Below are positions 53,740 to 63,099 of a DNA stretch of 64,000 nucleotides, one piece after another. The DNA is from a virus. The number at the start of each line of letters is the position of its first letter. Within the stretch, counting starts at the first letter, position 1. Both the position numbers and the translations under genes were made by a program. The stretch spans positions 54,454-118,453 of IMG/VR virus record IMGVR_UViG_3300037313_001714. One strand, written 5' to 3'. The notes below the pieces were generated by a model that was not told the DNA's origin, searched no databases, and saw only the letters and a program-made list of their open reading frames with translations.

Positions 53740-54585
53740 TTACTTGCCGACGGTGAAGAGCTTGCCGGTCACGGGGTCGGCGTAGCCGGTGAACTCCGTG
53801 TCGTAGACGCGCTCGTCCTCGAGCTTGTAGGCGAACTTCAGGGCGCCGGCGGTGGCCGCCAGCGGGATCACGAAGTCGTCGGAGACGTCCGTGTCGAGGT
53901 TGCCCACCGGGTGCAGACGCAGCGGCTTGGCGATCGCGAGCAGGTTGGTGCCCACACCGTTGCCCACGTCCACGCTCTTGCTGGTCGGGTCGGTGCCGCC
54001 CGACAGCGTCGCGCCCGACATCGTGATGGAGGCGCCGGCGGTGCCGGTCGCGAGCGTGATCGCGTTGGCGGCGGCGCCCTTGTTCTTGGCCGTCAGCGTC
54101 ACGACGTTGGTCGACACGGTGGCCGTGAAGTCGCCGAACTCGGGGAAGCCGTCGTTGGCCAGGGCCTGCTGCAGGTTGGTCGCCGTCGTGGCCGAGGAGC
54201 CGCCCACCGCGAAGTCGGTGTTGGCCACTGGCACCGTCTTGGCCGTCAGCGTGATGCCGTTGACCACAAGGGTCTGGCCGTCGGTGAGGTTGGTGGTGAC
54301 GGTGATCGAGCCCGTGGCCGCGGCGCCGCCCACGGTGGTGAGCGTGGCACCGGGCATGATGGCGACCATGTTCTCCAGGGTCGTCTCGGCGAGCGGGCAC
54401 TTGGCCGACACGGTGCGGCCCATGATGTATTCGTTGATCGGCGTCTTGCCGAACTGGTCCACCATCACCTTGTGGGTGTCGGTGGCAACCGTGACCTCCA
54501 CGCCGCCGGACGTGTAGCCAAGGTCGGTGCCGTTGTAGATGACCTTGCAAACGCCGAGCTTGACGTTCTTGGTATTCGAAGCCAT
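53740..54585 (-). CDS. Major tail tube protein with an internal Ig-like insertion
   Basis: LGYTSGGVEV, LAETTLENM; Ala/Thr/Gly-rich insert ATGSITV...ITMSGATLSGG. Confidence 0.85.
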   Translation of the reverse strand: MASNTKNVKLGVCKVIYNGTDLGYTSGGVEVTVATDTHKVMVDQFGKTPINEYIMGRTVSAKCPLAETTLENMVAIMPGATLTTVGGAAATGSITVTTNLTDGQTLVVNGITLTAKTVPVANTDFAVGGSSATTATNLQQALANDGFPEFGDFTATVSTNVVTLTAKNKGAAANAITLATGTAGASITMSGATLSGGTDPTSKSVDVGNGVGTNLLAIAKPLRLHPVGNLDTDVSDDFVIPLAATAGALKFAYKLEDERVYDTEFTGYADPVTGKLFTVGK

Positions 54586-54699
54586 TCGAGAGAGTCCTTC
54601 GCGCGAAAAGGTGGAAACCGATTGGGGCTACAGACTGTCGCTCGCTAAGTCACCCGTGACTTAGAATCTACCACAGCAGTACGGACTTGTCCAGTCCCG

Positions 54700-55158
54700 T
54701 TACAAGTCCTGAAACTCGGCGTCCAGGCCGTCCTCGACCTGCTGGCCGGCGCGCTCCATGTAGCCGCCGCCCACCTGCACATCCGGGTTCTCGGCCTGCT
54801 TTTGCTGACTCGCGGGCCCGAGCTGCCACTCGCCGTAGGGGGCCAGGTGCTCGTGCTGCAGGTAGGCGTAGCGCTCCACCGGGCCGTGGTCGCCTTCGAC
54901 ACTGCCATCCACGTAAACGGTGACTTCAATGCGGGCGAAGCGTCCGAGGATGTCGCGGTTTGGCAAGCCGGTGTAGTTCTCCGGGTCGACCTTGATGGCC
55001 GCCTCCAGGTTGCCGTACTCGCGCGGCGCCATCTTGCGGGCGATGATCTGCACGCGCTGGGCCGCCTCGACCAGCTTCTTGACGGCGCGCCGGCCGGTGC
55101 TGTCGACCTGCAGCGCCAGCCAGTCCGCGGCGTCGCCGCCTTCGATGCGGATCGGCAT
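54700..55158 (-). CDS. HK97 gp10-like neck / tail-completion protein
   Basis: ARKMAPREYGNLEAAI; YAYLQHE; YMERA. Confidence 0.7.
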   Translation of the reverse strand: MPIRIEGGDAADWLALQVDSTGRRAVKKLVEAAQRVQIIARKMAPREYGNLEAAIKVDPENYTGLPNRDILGRFARIEVTVYVDGSVEGDHGPVERYAYLQHEHLAPYGEWQLGPASQQKQAENPDVQVGGGYMERAGQQVEDGLDAEFQDL

Positions 55159-55159
55159 G

Positions 55160-55537
55160 TCACTCGACCCAGCAGGCTTCGAACTGCACGCTGGTCTCCA
55201 CCAGGTTGCCGCGCGACAGCGGAAACGACACCGGCTGGGTGGTCGGGCGGCAGAAGTTGAAGTGCTGCGGGCCTTCGTCCACCTGGTTCAGGGTGAGCGC
55301 CGCGACGACATTGACCATGCGCGCCTCGGTGTCGTCGTAGCTCTCGCCGCGCACGATCACCTGGAAGTCGCCGCGGTAGAACCCCGGCAGCTCGTTGTTG
55401 ATCTTGGTGCCCGGCGGCGGGCAGCGCAGCAGCACGCCGGACGGCGCGTCCAGCGGCATCATCTGCACGAACAGGTCCACGCCCTGGCGCGCCAGGCGCA
55501 TGCGCGCGAGGCGCAGGGCGAGCGGCACGAGGTTCAT
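55160..55537 (-). CDS. Tail terminator-like protein
   Basis: DLFVQMMP...FQVIVRG...NF pattern and position. Confidence 0.65.
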   Translation of the reverse strand: MNLVPLALRLARMRLARQGVDLFVQMMPLDAPSGVLLRCPPPGTKINNELPGFYRGDFQVIVRGESYDDTEARMVNVVAALTLNQVDEGPQHFNFCRPTTQPVSFPLSRGNLVETSVQFEACWVE

Positions 55538-55887
55538 TGGACGGTCCCCTGCCAGTAGGTGGCCTCGATGCGGTAGTGGTCGATCGCGCCGAAGATGTCC
55601 AGCTGCGGCTCCTTGGCGGTCACGCGCAGCTGCAGGCCGAGCAGCTCGATGCGGTCGTTCAGCCGCGCCGCGGTGTCGGGCCCCACCAGCAGCCGCGCGT
55701 CGGCGATCGGCTCGTCGGAGGCGCCGCGGCTGGCGCTGGAGTCGGCGCGCACGCTGGTGCGCTGGCCCTGCGCGCGCAGCAGCAGCACGGTGCAGCCCTC
55801 GCTGGTCCAGCGTCCCGGCTTGGGCTGGCCGTGCAGGGTGTAGCCGGCGCTGCGCTGCACGCGCAGCCTAGAGGTGGGGCGAAACAT
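55534..55887 (-). CDS. Head closure / head-tail adaptor protein
   Basis: GYTLHGQP, DRIEL, IDHYRIE; position. Confidence 0.6.
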   Translation of the reverse strand: MFRPTSRLRVQRSAGYTLHGQPKPGRWTSEGCTVLLLRAQGQRTSVRADSSASRGASDEPIADARLLVGPDTAARLNDRIELLGLQLRVTAKEPQLDIFGAIDHYRIEATYWQGTVQ

Positions 55888-56560
55888 GCTGCAGTCGCGC
55901 GCTGGCGTTGGGGTGGAAGATCTCGCTGCGCACCTGCGCGAGGCTCGGGTGCGCGGGCGTGGCGCCGCTGAGCGACACCAGCAGGCCGTGGTGCTCGTGC
56001 GCCGGGTTCGGATAGACCACCTGCGCCAGGTCGCCGACCGTCGCCAGGCGCGCGGCGGCGGCGTCGATGCCGGCCTGGTAGGCGAAGTCGCGCGCGAGAA
56101 AGCGCACCAGCCGGTCGGCCGGCCAGCGCCGCCCGGCGCTGTCGTGGGCGGTGAAGTTGATGCGCTCGTCGCGCGCGACCAGCAGGCGTGCCAGCGCGCC
56201 GGCCGGGGGCGCGCTGAGCGCGCCCTTCAGGCCCGCACCGCGGGCGCGCGCGACGAGCTGGTCGGTCTCGTCGAAGGCGATCGCGCGCAGCCGGCCCACC
56301 AGCTCCACGCCGCGCCCGGTCAGGCGCGCATCCGCCAGCGCGGCGCCCGACAGCTGCGCGAGCTGGGCGACGGTCTGGGCATCCGCGGCGCGCACGAACT
56401 GGATGGCCGCGGCATGGCTTTGCACCCGCAGCTGGGTGAGCGCGCGCGGGGTGAGCGTGGTGCCCGCCAGGCGCCGGCGCAGCCACAGCGCGGTGAGCTG
56501 GCTGGCGAGCGTGCCGTGCAGCGTGACGATCTGGTTGGCGAACTGCAGCTCGTGGTCCAT
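55868..56560 (-). CDS. Minor capsid-like protein
   Basis: FTAHDSAGRRWPADR motif; position; start at MDHEL coupled to the upstream stop. Confidence 0.45.
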   Translation of the reverse strand: MDHELQFANQIVTLHGTLASQLTALWLRRRLAGTTLTPRALTQLRVQSHAAAIQFVRAADAQTVAQLAQLSGAALADARLTGRGVELVGRLRAIAFDETDQLVARARGAGLKGALSAPPAGALARLLVARDERINFTAHDSAGRRWPADRLVRFLARDFAYQAGIDAAAARLATVGDLAQVVYPNPAHEHHGLLVSLSGATPAHPSLAQVRSEIFHPNASARLQHVSPHL

Positions 56561-57402
56561 CAGCAGCGCCCCAGCTTCGTGCGCCAGGTCAGCCACAGGC
56601 CGAGCGCGCTCGCCGCGCGCCGGCACACCGGCAGCTGCAGCGCCTTGCCGGCGCGGAACATCACCTTGGCGTCGCCGGCGGTGTCCAGCTGGATGCCGGC
56701 GGTGCGTTTGTCGTCGGCCGGATCACCGCCCAGGATCGCGTTGGCCTCCAGGATCTGCGCGCGCTTCAGGTCGGTGACGAACTGCGGCGGCAGCAGGTTG
56801 AATTGGTTGGCCGGCAGCAGCAGCAGGTTGCCGCCCCAGATGAAGCTGCCCTCCACCGCCGCGAAGGGCGTCGCGAAGCTGCCCTCGGGGATGAAGTTCA
56901 GGCTGTCCTGGCCCCAGAACTTGTTGCCGTTCAGCGGCTGGAAGTTCAGCTGGCAGATGTGCAGGCGCGCCTCAATCAGCGCCGCGGTCTTCTGCGCCGC
57001 GCTGGCCTTGTCCCAGCCCGCGAGGTTGGGGATCAGGTCGGCGACGAAGTCGGCCGCCTCGAGCGTCTGGAAGGTGTTGACGCCCACCTGCAGCACGTCG
57101 CCCGACTGGATGATGTAGGCCACCTGCAGCGGCACCACGTTGCCGTCCACCGTGGCCTGGATCTCCACGATGCGCAGCGCCCGCGCGTCGCCGGCCGGCG
57201 TCTGGTTGGACGCCGCGGGCACCAGGATGTCCGCCTCGGTCGACTCGGCCACGAAGGTCGCCAGCGCCGTCCAGTCGATCAACACCGCCGCGTCGGTGTC
57301 CAGCACGCGGTAGCTCACCGCCGACACCGACAGCGGCGTGCCATCTTCGGCGACCAGCGGCACGGTGACGGTGACGTCCTTGCCGGCGACGTAGGCTTGC
57401 AT
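56560..57402 (-). CDS. Head-tail connector (DnaT-like adaptor domain)
   Basis: NTFQTLEAAD...WDKASAAQKTAALIEA; LKRAQILEA. Confidence 0.65.
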   Translation of the reverse strand: MQAYVAGKDVTVTVPLVAEDGTPLSVSAVSYRVLDTDAAVLIDWTALATFVAESTEADILVPAASNQTPAGDARALRIVEIQATVDGNVVPLQVAYIIQSGDVLQVGVNTFQTLEAADFVADLIPNLAGWDKASAAQKTAALIEARLHICQLNFQPLNGNKFWGQDSLNFIPEGSFATPFAAVEGSFIWGGNLLLLPANQFNLLPPQFVTDLKRAQILEANAILGGDPADDKRTAGIQLDTAGDAKVMFRAGKALQLPVCRRAASALGLWLTWRTKLGRC

Positions 57403-57412
57403 GGCTCAGGCC

Positions 57413-57871
57413 TCAGCTGAAGTCCGGCTGGTCCGGCCTGGGCTGCTGGCGCAGCATGATCTTCTCGATCAGCTCGCGGATCGAGTTGCCCTTCACCTCC
57501 AGCGGCTCGGCGATCGCGCGCAGCCCGCGGATGCCGTCCTTGTCGGCGATCGCGGCCAGCTGCTCGCGCGTGTAGAGGCTGGTCTGGGGCTTGTCGCTCT
57601 CCATGGTCGCCACCATCGCGAGCGCCTTGGCCTGGCGGTCATGCTCGGCGGCGCCCTGCTCGTACACCGGCGCCGGGTCGTGCGCGGCGTCCAGCAGCTT
57701 CTGGGCCATGTTGGCCGGCGTGCCGTCCTCCCACTCGGCCAGGTAGACCGCGGCGATGCGCATCGCGTCGTTGTTGGAAACGTCGGCGGTGGTCAGGCCG
57801 TTCTCGAAGAAGTGGACCCCCATCTGGCCGGTGTAGCCCTGCATCCCGGGCTGGGTCAGGCGCACGCGCAT
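57413..57871 (-). CDS. Head-associated protein with a small C-terminal helical domain
   Basis: YTREQLAAIADKDGIRGLRAIAEPLEVKGNSIRELIEKI; N-terminus similar to the upstream 66-aa ORF. Confidence 0.6.
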   Translation of the reverse strand: MRVRLTQPGMQGYTGQMGVHFFENGLTTADVSNNDAMRIAAVYLAEWEDGTPANMAQKLLDAAHDPAPVYEQGAAEHDRQAKALAMVATMESDKPQTSLYTREQLAAIADKDGIRGLRAIAEPLEVKGNSIRELIEKIMLRQQPRPDQPDFS

Positions 57872-58071
57872 TACCAGGCCTCCTGGTCGCTGCCCTCGGG
57901 CGTGTCGGACGGCATTTCCTCGAGCTGCACGATCGCCGCCAGGCTGCGCACGAAGTCCGGATTGAGCGTGTGCACCGACACGCCGTCCCTGAACTGGATG
58001 TGGCCCATCTCGCCGGTGAAGTTCTGGTAGCCGGCCTGGACCAGACGAATGCGTTTCATGGGAGTCCTCAA
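57871..58071 (-). CDS. 66-aa protein, apparent paralog of the N-terminus of 57413-57871
   Basis: RIRLVQAGYQNFTGEMG versus RVRLTQPGMQGYTGQMG. Confidence 0.6.
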   Translation of the reverse strand: MRTPMKRIRLVQAGYQNFTGEMGHIQFRDGVSVHTLNPDFVRSLAAIVQLEEMPSDTPEGSDQEAW

Positions 58072-58076
58072 ATGTG

Positions 58077-58104
58077 AAAAGGGCGGACCTTGTGGGCCCG
58101 CCCC
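58077..58104 (-). terminator. Terminator after the major capsid gene
   Basis: GGGCGGGCC-loop-GGUCCGCCC followed by UUUU. Confidence 0.7.
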
Positions 58105-58136
58105 TATTTTATGTCACGGGTGACTTACCCGCAAGA

Positions 58137-59048
58137 TTACGTGTTGGTCACGCCTTGCAGACGGGCCATGCTCCGCGTGGACTTGAGCGCCAGGCCGCAG
58201 TACCACTTGACGCGGATGCGCGTGGCATCCTTGTTCTGCACCGTGCCGATGTTCTCGACCACGAAGCCGGCATTGGGGCCGCCGTACAGGCCATGCAGGC
58301 CGTCGGCTTCGTTCATGCGCAGCGCGTACACCGAGCAGGTGTTGGACGTCGCGCCTTGCGTCTCGTTGCCCGCCAGGAACTCGTTCATGATGATCGGGAT
58401 GCCGTTGTGCGTGAGCATCGGGCGGCCGAAGTTCTCCAGCTGCTGCATCACGGCGTCCGTGCCGTAGGTGGCGCGCAGCAGGCCGCGGTACGCGCGGATC
58501 GTGCCGCGGCGCATCACCAGCACGTCGGCGCCGTTGGGCACCGCGTCGCACAGCTCGTCGAGCATGGCCAGCGTGAGGGCGTTGCCGTTCGTGCCGGCCG
58601 AGACGATCTGGCTCGCTTCCAGGCTGGAGGCGATCTTGGCCACGCCGTCGAACGACTTGGTGTTGACCGAGCTGTCGCCGGTGGCCACCGTCTGGCGGAA
58701 GATGCGGCCCACGGCCTTGGCCTTCTTGGCGATCTGCACCGCCATCTGGTCGTTGGTGTCGCTCTCCGTGGTCTGCAGGAACTTGTCCACGTCGACGTCG
58801 CCAGCGAGGATCTTGAGCTTGGCGACCACTTCCACGAACGTCGCGGCGCTTTCGTTCACCGCGTCGTTCGGGCTGAGGAAGTCGGCGGACGGCAGCGTGC
58901 CTTCGCGGTTGTAGACGTAGGCCTTGGAATTGACCTTGACGAAGGGCAGGACCGCGAACAGGTCGTCGCGGTCGATGATCTCGTCGATGATGCCGGCGAT
59001 GAGCGTGTTATTGCTCAGGAGGTCGGCATCGGCTTGCAGCAGCGGCAT
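58137..59048 (-). CDS. Major capsid protein (HK97 fold)
   Basis: 303 aa after the scaffold; LFAVLPF, YVYNRE, GDVDVDKF, LDELCD, RIRVKWY. Confidence 0.85.
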   Translation of the reverse strand: MPLLQADADLLSNNTLIAGIIDEIIDRDDLFAVLPFVKVNSKAYVYNREGTLPSADFLSPNDAVNESAATFVEVVAKLKILAGDVDVDKFLQTTESDTNDQMAVQIAKKAKAVGRIFRQTVATGDSSVNTKSFDGVAKIASSLEASQIVSAGTNGNALTLAMLDELCDAVPNGADVLVMRRGTIRAYRGLLRATYGTDAVMQQLENFGRPMLTHNGIPIIMNEFLAGNETQGATSNTCSVYALRMNEADGLHGLYGGPNAGFVVENIGTVQNKDATRIRVKWYCGLALKSTRSMARLQGVTNT

Positions 59049-59118
59049 TTGAGCTTCCTTGGAAAGAAAAACGGTTCGTCTTTCGGTCCTAAGTCGCTCT
59101 AGTCACCGATGAAGCGTG

Positions 59119-59161
59119 ACTCTACCGGAAAAGCCCAGCAGTGTCAAGTCATCGGTGACTT
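59119..59161 (-). promoter_or_regulatory. Capsid promoter with the operator over -35
   Basis: TTGACA (59147-59142)-17 nt-TAGAGT (59124-59119); perfect operator at 59146-59161. Confidence 0.75.
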
Positions 59162-59176
59162 ATTTTTGCAGGCGCG

Positions 59177-60082
59177 TCAGAGCCCGAGCGCCTTCAGTCC
59201 GGCGGCGATCTTTTGCTGGCCGGTCTTGGGCGTGTCTTCCTTGCTCGGCGCGCGCCGCTGGGCCGGCGTGCCGCTGCCCGAGCCCGAGCCGTTCTTGACC
59301 TTGGACTTCAGGATCGTCTCGCGGTCCGGATCGGCCTCGACCAGCTTGGCGATCGCCTCCTCGAACGCGAGGTTGCTGCCGTACTGGTCGACCAGCGCGG
59401 TGCGCCCGGCGGCGCCGCGCGGCTTGTCGTAGACGACGATCTCGCCGTCCACCCGGTCGACGTGGTCGCCGTACACCTTGCGCATCTTGGTGGGCGTGTA
59501 GACGGTTTCCTCGCGGATGTAGGTGGACTGGGCGAAGGCCTGGCCGACGGTCAGCTCGTCGATCTGGGCGTGCGCCTTCTGCAGCTCGCCCTTCAGGCTC
59601 GTCACCGCGGTGTTGACCTGGTCCATCTGGGTCTTGTGCTCGCCCGCCATGCGGGCCTTGAGCTTGTCCCACTCGCCCTTCTCGGCCAGCGCCTTTTCCT
59701 CGGCGGTGCGGCGGTCGGCGATCATCGCGCGCAGCTCCGCGGGGTCCAGGCCGTTGAACGCCTCGAGCTTGCTCTTCAGGTCGGCGATCTCGTTGTTGGC
59801 GGCCTTCAGCTCGTCCTTGCGACGCATGTTCTCCTTCAGGAGCTTGGCGTTGTCGTCGGACATGCCGCCGGCCTTCTTGGCCGGCTTCTTGGCGGGCGGC
59901 TTGCCCTTGTCGTCGGCGGTCGCATCGTCGTCGCCGCCCTCGCCGTCGCCGCCGTCGTCATCGCCGCCCTCGCCGTCACCGGCGCCGCCATCTCCGTCAC
60001 CGGAGCCACCGCCGCCATCCCCGCCATCGCCGCCTTGCGGGGCTTGCACGCGCGCGAGGAGTCGTTGTTTCCACAGAGGCAT
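59177..60082 (-). CDS. Capsid scaffolding protein
   Basis: Gly/Asp-rich N-terminus, coiled coil, GSGSG tail; between portal and capsid. Confidence 0.8.
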   Translation of the reverse strand: MPLWKQRLLARVQAPQGGDGGDGGGGSGDGDGGAGDGEGGDDDGGDGEGGDDDATADDKGKPPAKKPAKKAGGMSDDNAKLLKENMRRKDELKAANNEIADLKSKLEAFNGLDPAELRAMIADRRTAEEKALAEKGEWDKLKARMAGEHKTQMDQVNTAVTSLKGELQKAHAQIDELTVGQAFAQSTYIREETVYTPTKMRKVYGDHVDRVDGEIVVYDKPRGAAGRTALVDQYGSNLAFEEAIAKLVEADPDRETILKSKVKNGSGSGSGTPAQRRAPSKEDTPKTGQQKIAAGLKALGL

Positions 60083-60160
60083 TTCTCAGTCCTTTACGGC
60101 CGTTCTCTCGGCCGGGTTGAAGTCGCCGACGCTTTGCGTTCCCGCGCCGGCATCGGGAAA

Positions 60161-61813
60161 TCAGGTTCCGTTCACCACGTTCTTGGCGTCGGCGCGCTGG
60201 GCCGTGCGCGCCAGCGTCTGCTGCGCCGGCAGCTGGGCGTCGGCGATCGCGCCGGCGGTGTCGCCGGCGAGCTGCACCGGGTCGAGCGGCCAGTCCTTCA
60301 GCTCGGCGAGCATCTTGGCTTTGATGTCCTTCGCCAGCTGCGGGAACAGCTTGTCGATGACGGTCTCCATCTGCTGGCGGCGCACCGTGTCGGGCGCCTC
60401 CACCAGCAGCAGGCGCGCCGCCAGGTCGAATTCGTCGTACAGGCCGCGGGTGTCGAAGTTGTCGGGGTAGCGCACCAGATCGTCGGCCGGGTCGGGCTCG
60501 CCGTTCCACTTGGCGACGATGTGCACCAGCCAGTTCTCCAGCACCTCGCAGGAGTCGGCCTTGGCCTGCAGCAGCGCGTTCACGCGCTCGAAGTCGTAGG
60601 CCTTGGCGACGCCCGAGCTGTTGTCGATGCCCAGCGCGTTGTCCTGCTTGGTGCGCTCGCCAGCCAGGCCCACCGTGTGGTAGATCTCGTTGATGATCTT
60701 GTTGATCACCGCCAGCACCATCTGGGCCTGCTTCGGGTCCGGGCTGATGTACTTGGGCTCGGCCTTGCCTTCGCCGTCGTAGAGGAACACCCGCTTGGTG
60801 CTCATCTCCAGCAGCTTGGTGTAGGCGTCCTCGCCGGGCAGCAGGTTCTGCGCCGGCATGATCAGCTGGCTGAAGGTCTGGTCCTGGATGATCGCGTCCA
60901 GGTTGGACAGGTAGTTGGCCACCGCCCGGTCCAGGTAGGCGATGTCGTCGATCAGCGAGGGCGGCGCGTAGACCTCGTCGCCGATCGTGTTGTCGAACAG
61001 CTTGACCGGCACCTCGCCCAGCCCGTGCTGGCCGCCGGCGACCTCGACGATGCGCGTCTTCTGGGTGTTGGCGATGCGCTCTTCCTTGTAGAGCGTCCAG
61101 TCGGTCTTGGTCCACAGCCGCCAGCGCGGCTCCTCGGCGCCGGTGCTGGTCATCGGGTCGGCGTCGTCGCGCCAGCACTCCTCGATCAGCACCCAGTTCA
61201 GCGCGCCGTTGTCGTCGAACGAGTAGTCCAGCAGCTGGTCGGGGCCGACCAGGTAGGCGTAGGTCTGCACCGCACGCTCGTCGGCCTTGGAGACCGTCGT
61301 GTCGCTCTTGTTGTTGTCGACCACCACGCCGATGCGCCCCACGGTGGAGGCGCGCCGGCTCGCGCCGCGCACGAGATCGCGGATGCCCAGCCCGTTGCGG
61401 GTGGCGCGCTTCCAGAACTTCTGCACCGCGGGCGGCGCGTCGGCGCCGTTGCGCGCGATGTTCTGCTTGAACAGGTACTTGTTGACCAGGTCCACCACCT
61501 CGCGGGTGTGGTTGAAGCGGTAGGCGCGCTGGACGCGGTCGTTGTACTCGTTCTCGCCTTCCTTGATGTACTTGAAGATGTTGTCGTCGAACCACTCGCG
61601 GCCGCCCTCGTAGGTGTCCTCGAGGAACTCCCAGTGGTCGACGTGGCAGCTGTACTCGGGATGGCGCCGCTGGATCAGCGCGCGCAGGCGCTTTTGCTGC
61701 TCGGTGTCGGCGGCGCTGGCCTGCGCGGTGCTCTGGTACACCTCCACCGGGTCCATCACCGCGGTCTGGCCGGGCTTGGGAAGGCGGGGTTTGCGGGGCT
61801 TGGAGGTGGCCAT
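60161..61813 (-). CDS. Portal protein (SPP1 gp6-like)
   Basis: 550 aa after the terminase; YEGG, HGLGEVPV, SGVAKAYDF. Confidence 0.85.
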   Translation of the reverse strand: MATSKPRKPRLPKPGQTAVMDPVEVYQSTAQASAADTEQQKRLRALIQRRHPEYSCHVDHWEFLEDTYEGGREWFDDNIFKYIKEGENEYNDRVQRAYRFNHTREVVDLVNKYLFKQNIARNGADAPPAVQKFWKRATRNGLGIRDLVRGASRRASTVGRIGVVVDNNKSDTTVSKADERAVQTYAYLVGPDQLLDYSFDDNGALNWVLIEECWRDDADPMTSTGAEEPRWRLWTKTDWTLYKEERIANTQKTRIVEVAGGQHGLGEVPVKLFDNTIGDEVYAPPSLIDDIAYLDRAVANYLSNLDAIIQDQTFSQLIMPAQNLLPGEDAYTKLLEMSTKRVFLYDGEGKAEPKYISPDPKQAQMVLAVINKIINEIYHTVGLAGERTKQDNALGIDNSSGVAKAYDFERVNALLQAKADSCEVLENWLVHIVAKWNGEPDPADDLVRYPDNFDTRGLYDEFDLAARLLLVEAPDTVRRQQMETVIDKLFPQLAKDIKAKMLAELKDWPLDPVQLAGDTAGAIADAQLPAQQTLARTAQRADAKNVVNGT

Positions 61814-61826
61814 GGTGGACTTCCTG

Positions 61827-61856
61827 AGTATAAGTCAGCGGTGATTTATCTGTCAA
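61827..61856 (-). promoter_or_regulatory. Portal promoter with the operator in the spacer
   Basis: TTGACA (61856-61851)-18 nt-TATACT (61832-61827); operator at 61832-61847. Confidence 0.75.
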
Positions 61857-61858
61857 CG

Positions 61859-63097
61859 TCAGCGAGAGAGCCCGCCGACCCACACCTGGCGCACCGGGAA
61901 TTCCAGCTCGATGCAGTAGCCGGCGGCGTCCGCGGAGTGCTCCTTGCCCTGGCTCTTGTCGACGTCGCGGCTGCCCTTGACGTAGATGGTCTGCTCGAGC
62001 GCCTCGATCAGGTGCTTGCACTTCGGGTCGATCTTCAGCCGCACGCCGCCCGAGGCGGTCATCAGCATGCGGTTGACGGCGTTCACGCGGTCGGCCACCA
62101 GCGGGTTCTTGCGCCGGTACTTCACCTTGCGAAAGCCCTTCTCGCGCAGGATGTCGATGTCGGTCTCGCCGCGGGCGTGCTGGCGCTGGCCGCCGGCCGG
62201 GTCGGGGTACACGACGATCTGGCCCTGCTGGCGCCAGTAGCGCTTTTCCAGCTCCTCGCAGATCTCCTCGGTGTTGGAGCCGAACAGCACGCACTCGTCC
62301 ACCGCCCACAGCTCGCCCGAGGGCTGCGGCTGGAAGATCACGGTGGACATCGGGTCGATGTTGAAGTCCATGCCGACCCAGATCGGCAGCTTGTCGTCGA
62401 ACTGGCAGGGCGCCACGTGCTGGCGCCGGTCGAACGGGTAGTACACGCGCCCGCTCATGGTCTCGAAGCTCGCCTCGAACTCCTGGGCGAAGCTCTTCGG
62501 GTCCATGTCGTCGCGCGCGGCGGCGATCTCGCTGTGCGGGATGAACGGGCTGGTGATGGTCGGGAACTGCCAGCTGTCCCACTCGGGGAACTTCGGGTCC
62601 TGGCCACGCTTGTAAAGCTCGTACAGGTAGTTGTACGCCTTGGGCGTGCCGATGAAGATCGCGTCGCCGCCGGTGTCGGCCAGCGTCGGGCGCAGCACTT
62701 CCTTCCAGACCTCCTCGGCCATGTCCTGGAACTCGTCCAGCACCAGGAAGTCGATGCCCACGCCGCGCAGCGAGTCGGGCTTGTCGGCGCCCTTCAGCTC
62801 GATGCGCGTCTGGTTGATCAGCGTGATGGTCAGGCTGGTCTCGTTGATCTTGGCGATCCATTTGCGCGGGATCGCCGCCAGCAGATCGAGCCACATGATC
62901 TGCTTGGCCATCTTGTAGGTCGGCGCGACGTACCAGATCTTGCGGCGCTTCTGGCGCGCGCGGGTGATCATCAGCACCCGCGACAGCGCCGTCTTGCCCC
63001 AGCGGCGGCCCGCCACCACCACGCGAAAGCGCGCGGTGGAGCGAAACACCGTCATCTGCTTGGGGTGCAGCGACAGATCGAACGCCTCGGCGGGCAC
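61859..63097 (-). CDS. terL: Terminase large subunit
   Basis: VVAGRRWGKT; SLRG; LVLDEFQD; FIGTP; GMDFN; HSADA; GTG start at 63097. Confidence 0.95.
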   Translation of the reverse strand: MPAEAFDLSLHPKQMTVFRSTARFRVVVAGRRWGKTALSRVLMITRARQKRRKIWYVAPTYKMAKQIMWLDLLAAIPRKWIAKINETSLTITLINQTRIELKGADKPDSLRGVGIDFLVLDEFQDMAEEVWKEVLRPTLADTGGDAIFIGTPKAYNYLYELYKRGQDPKFPEWDSWQFPTITSPFIPHSEIAAARDDMDPKSFAQEFEASFETMSGRVYYPFDRRQHVAPCQFDDKLPIWVGMDFNIDPMSTVIFQPQPSGELWAVDECVLFGSNTEEICEELEKRYWRQQGQIVVYPDPAGGQRQHARGETDIDILREKGFRKVKYRRKNPLVADRVNAVNRMLMTASGGVRLKIDPKCKHLIEALEQTIYVKGSRDVDKSQGKEHSADAAGYCIELEFPVRQVWVGGLSR

Positions 63098-63099
63098 GG

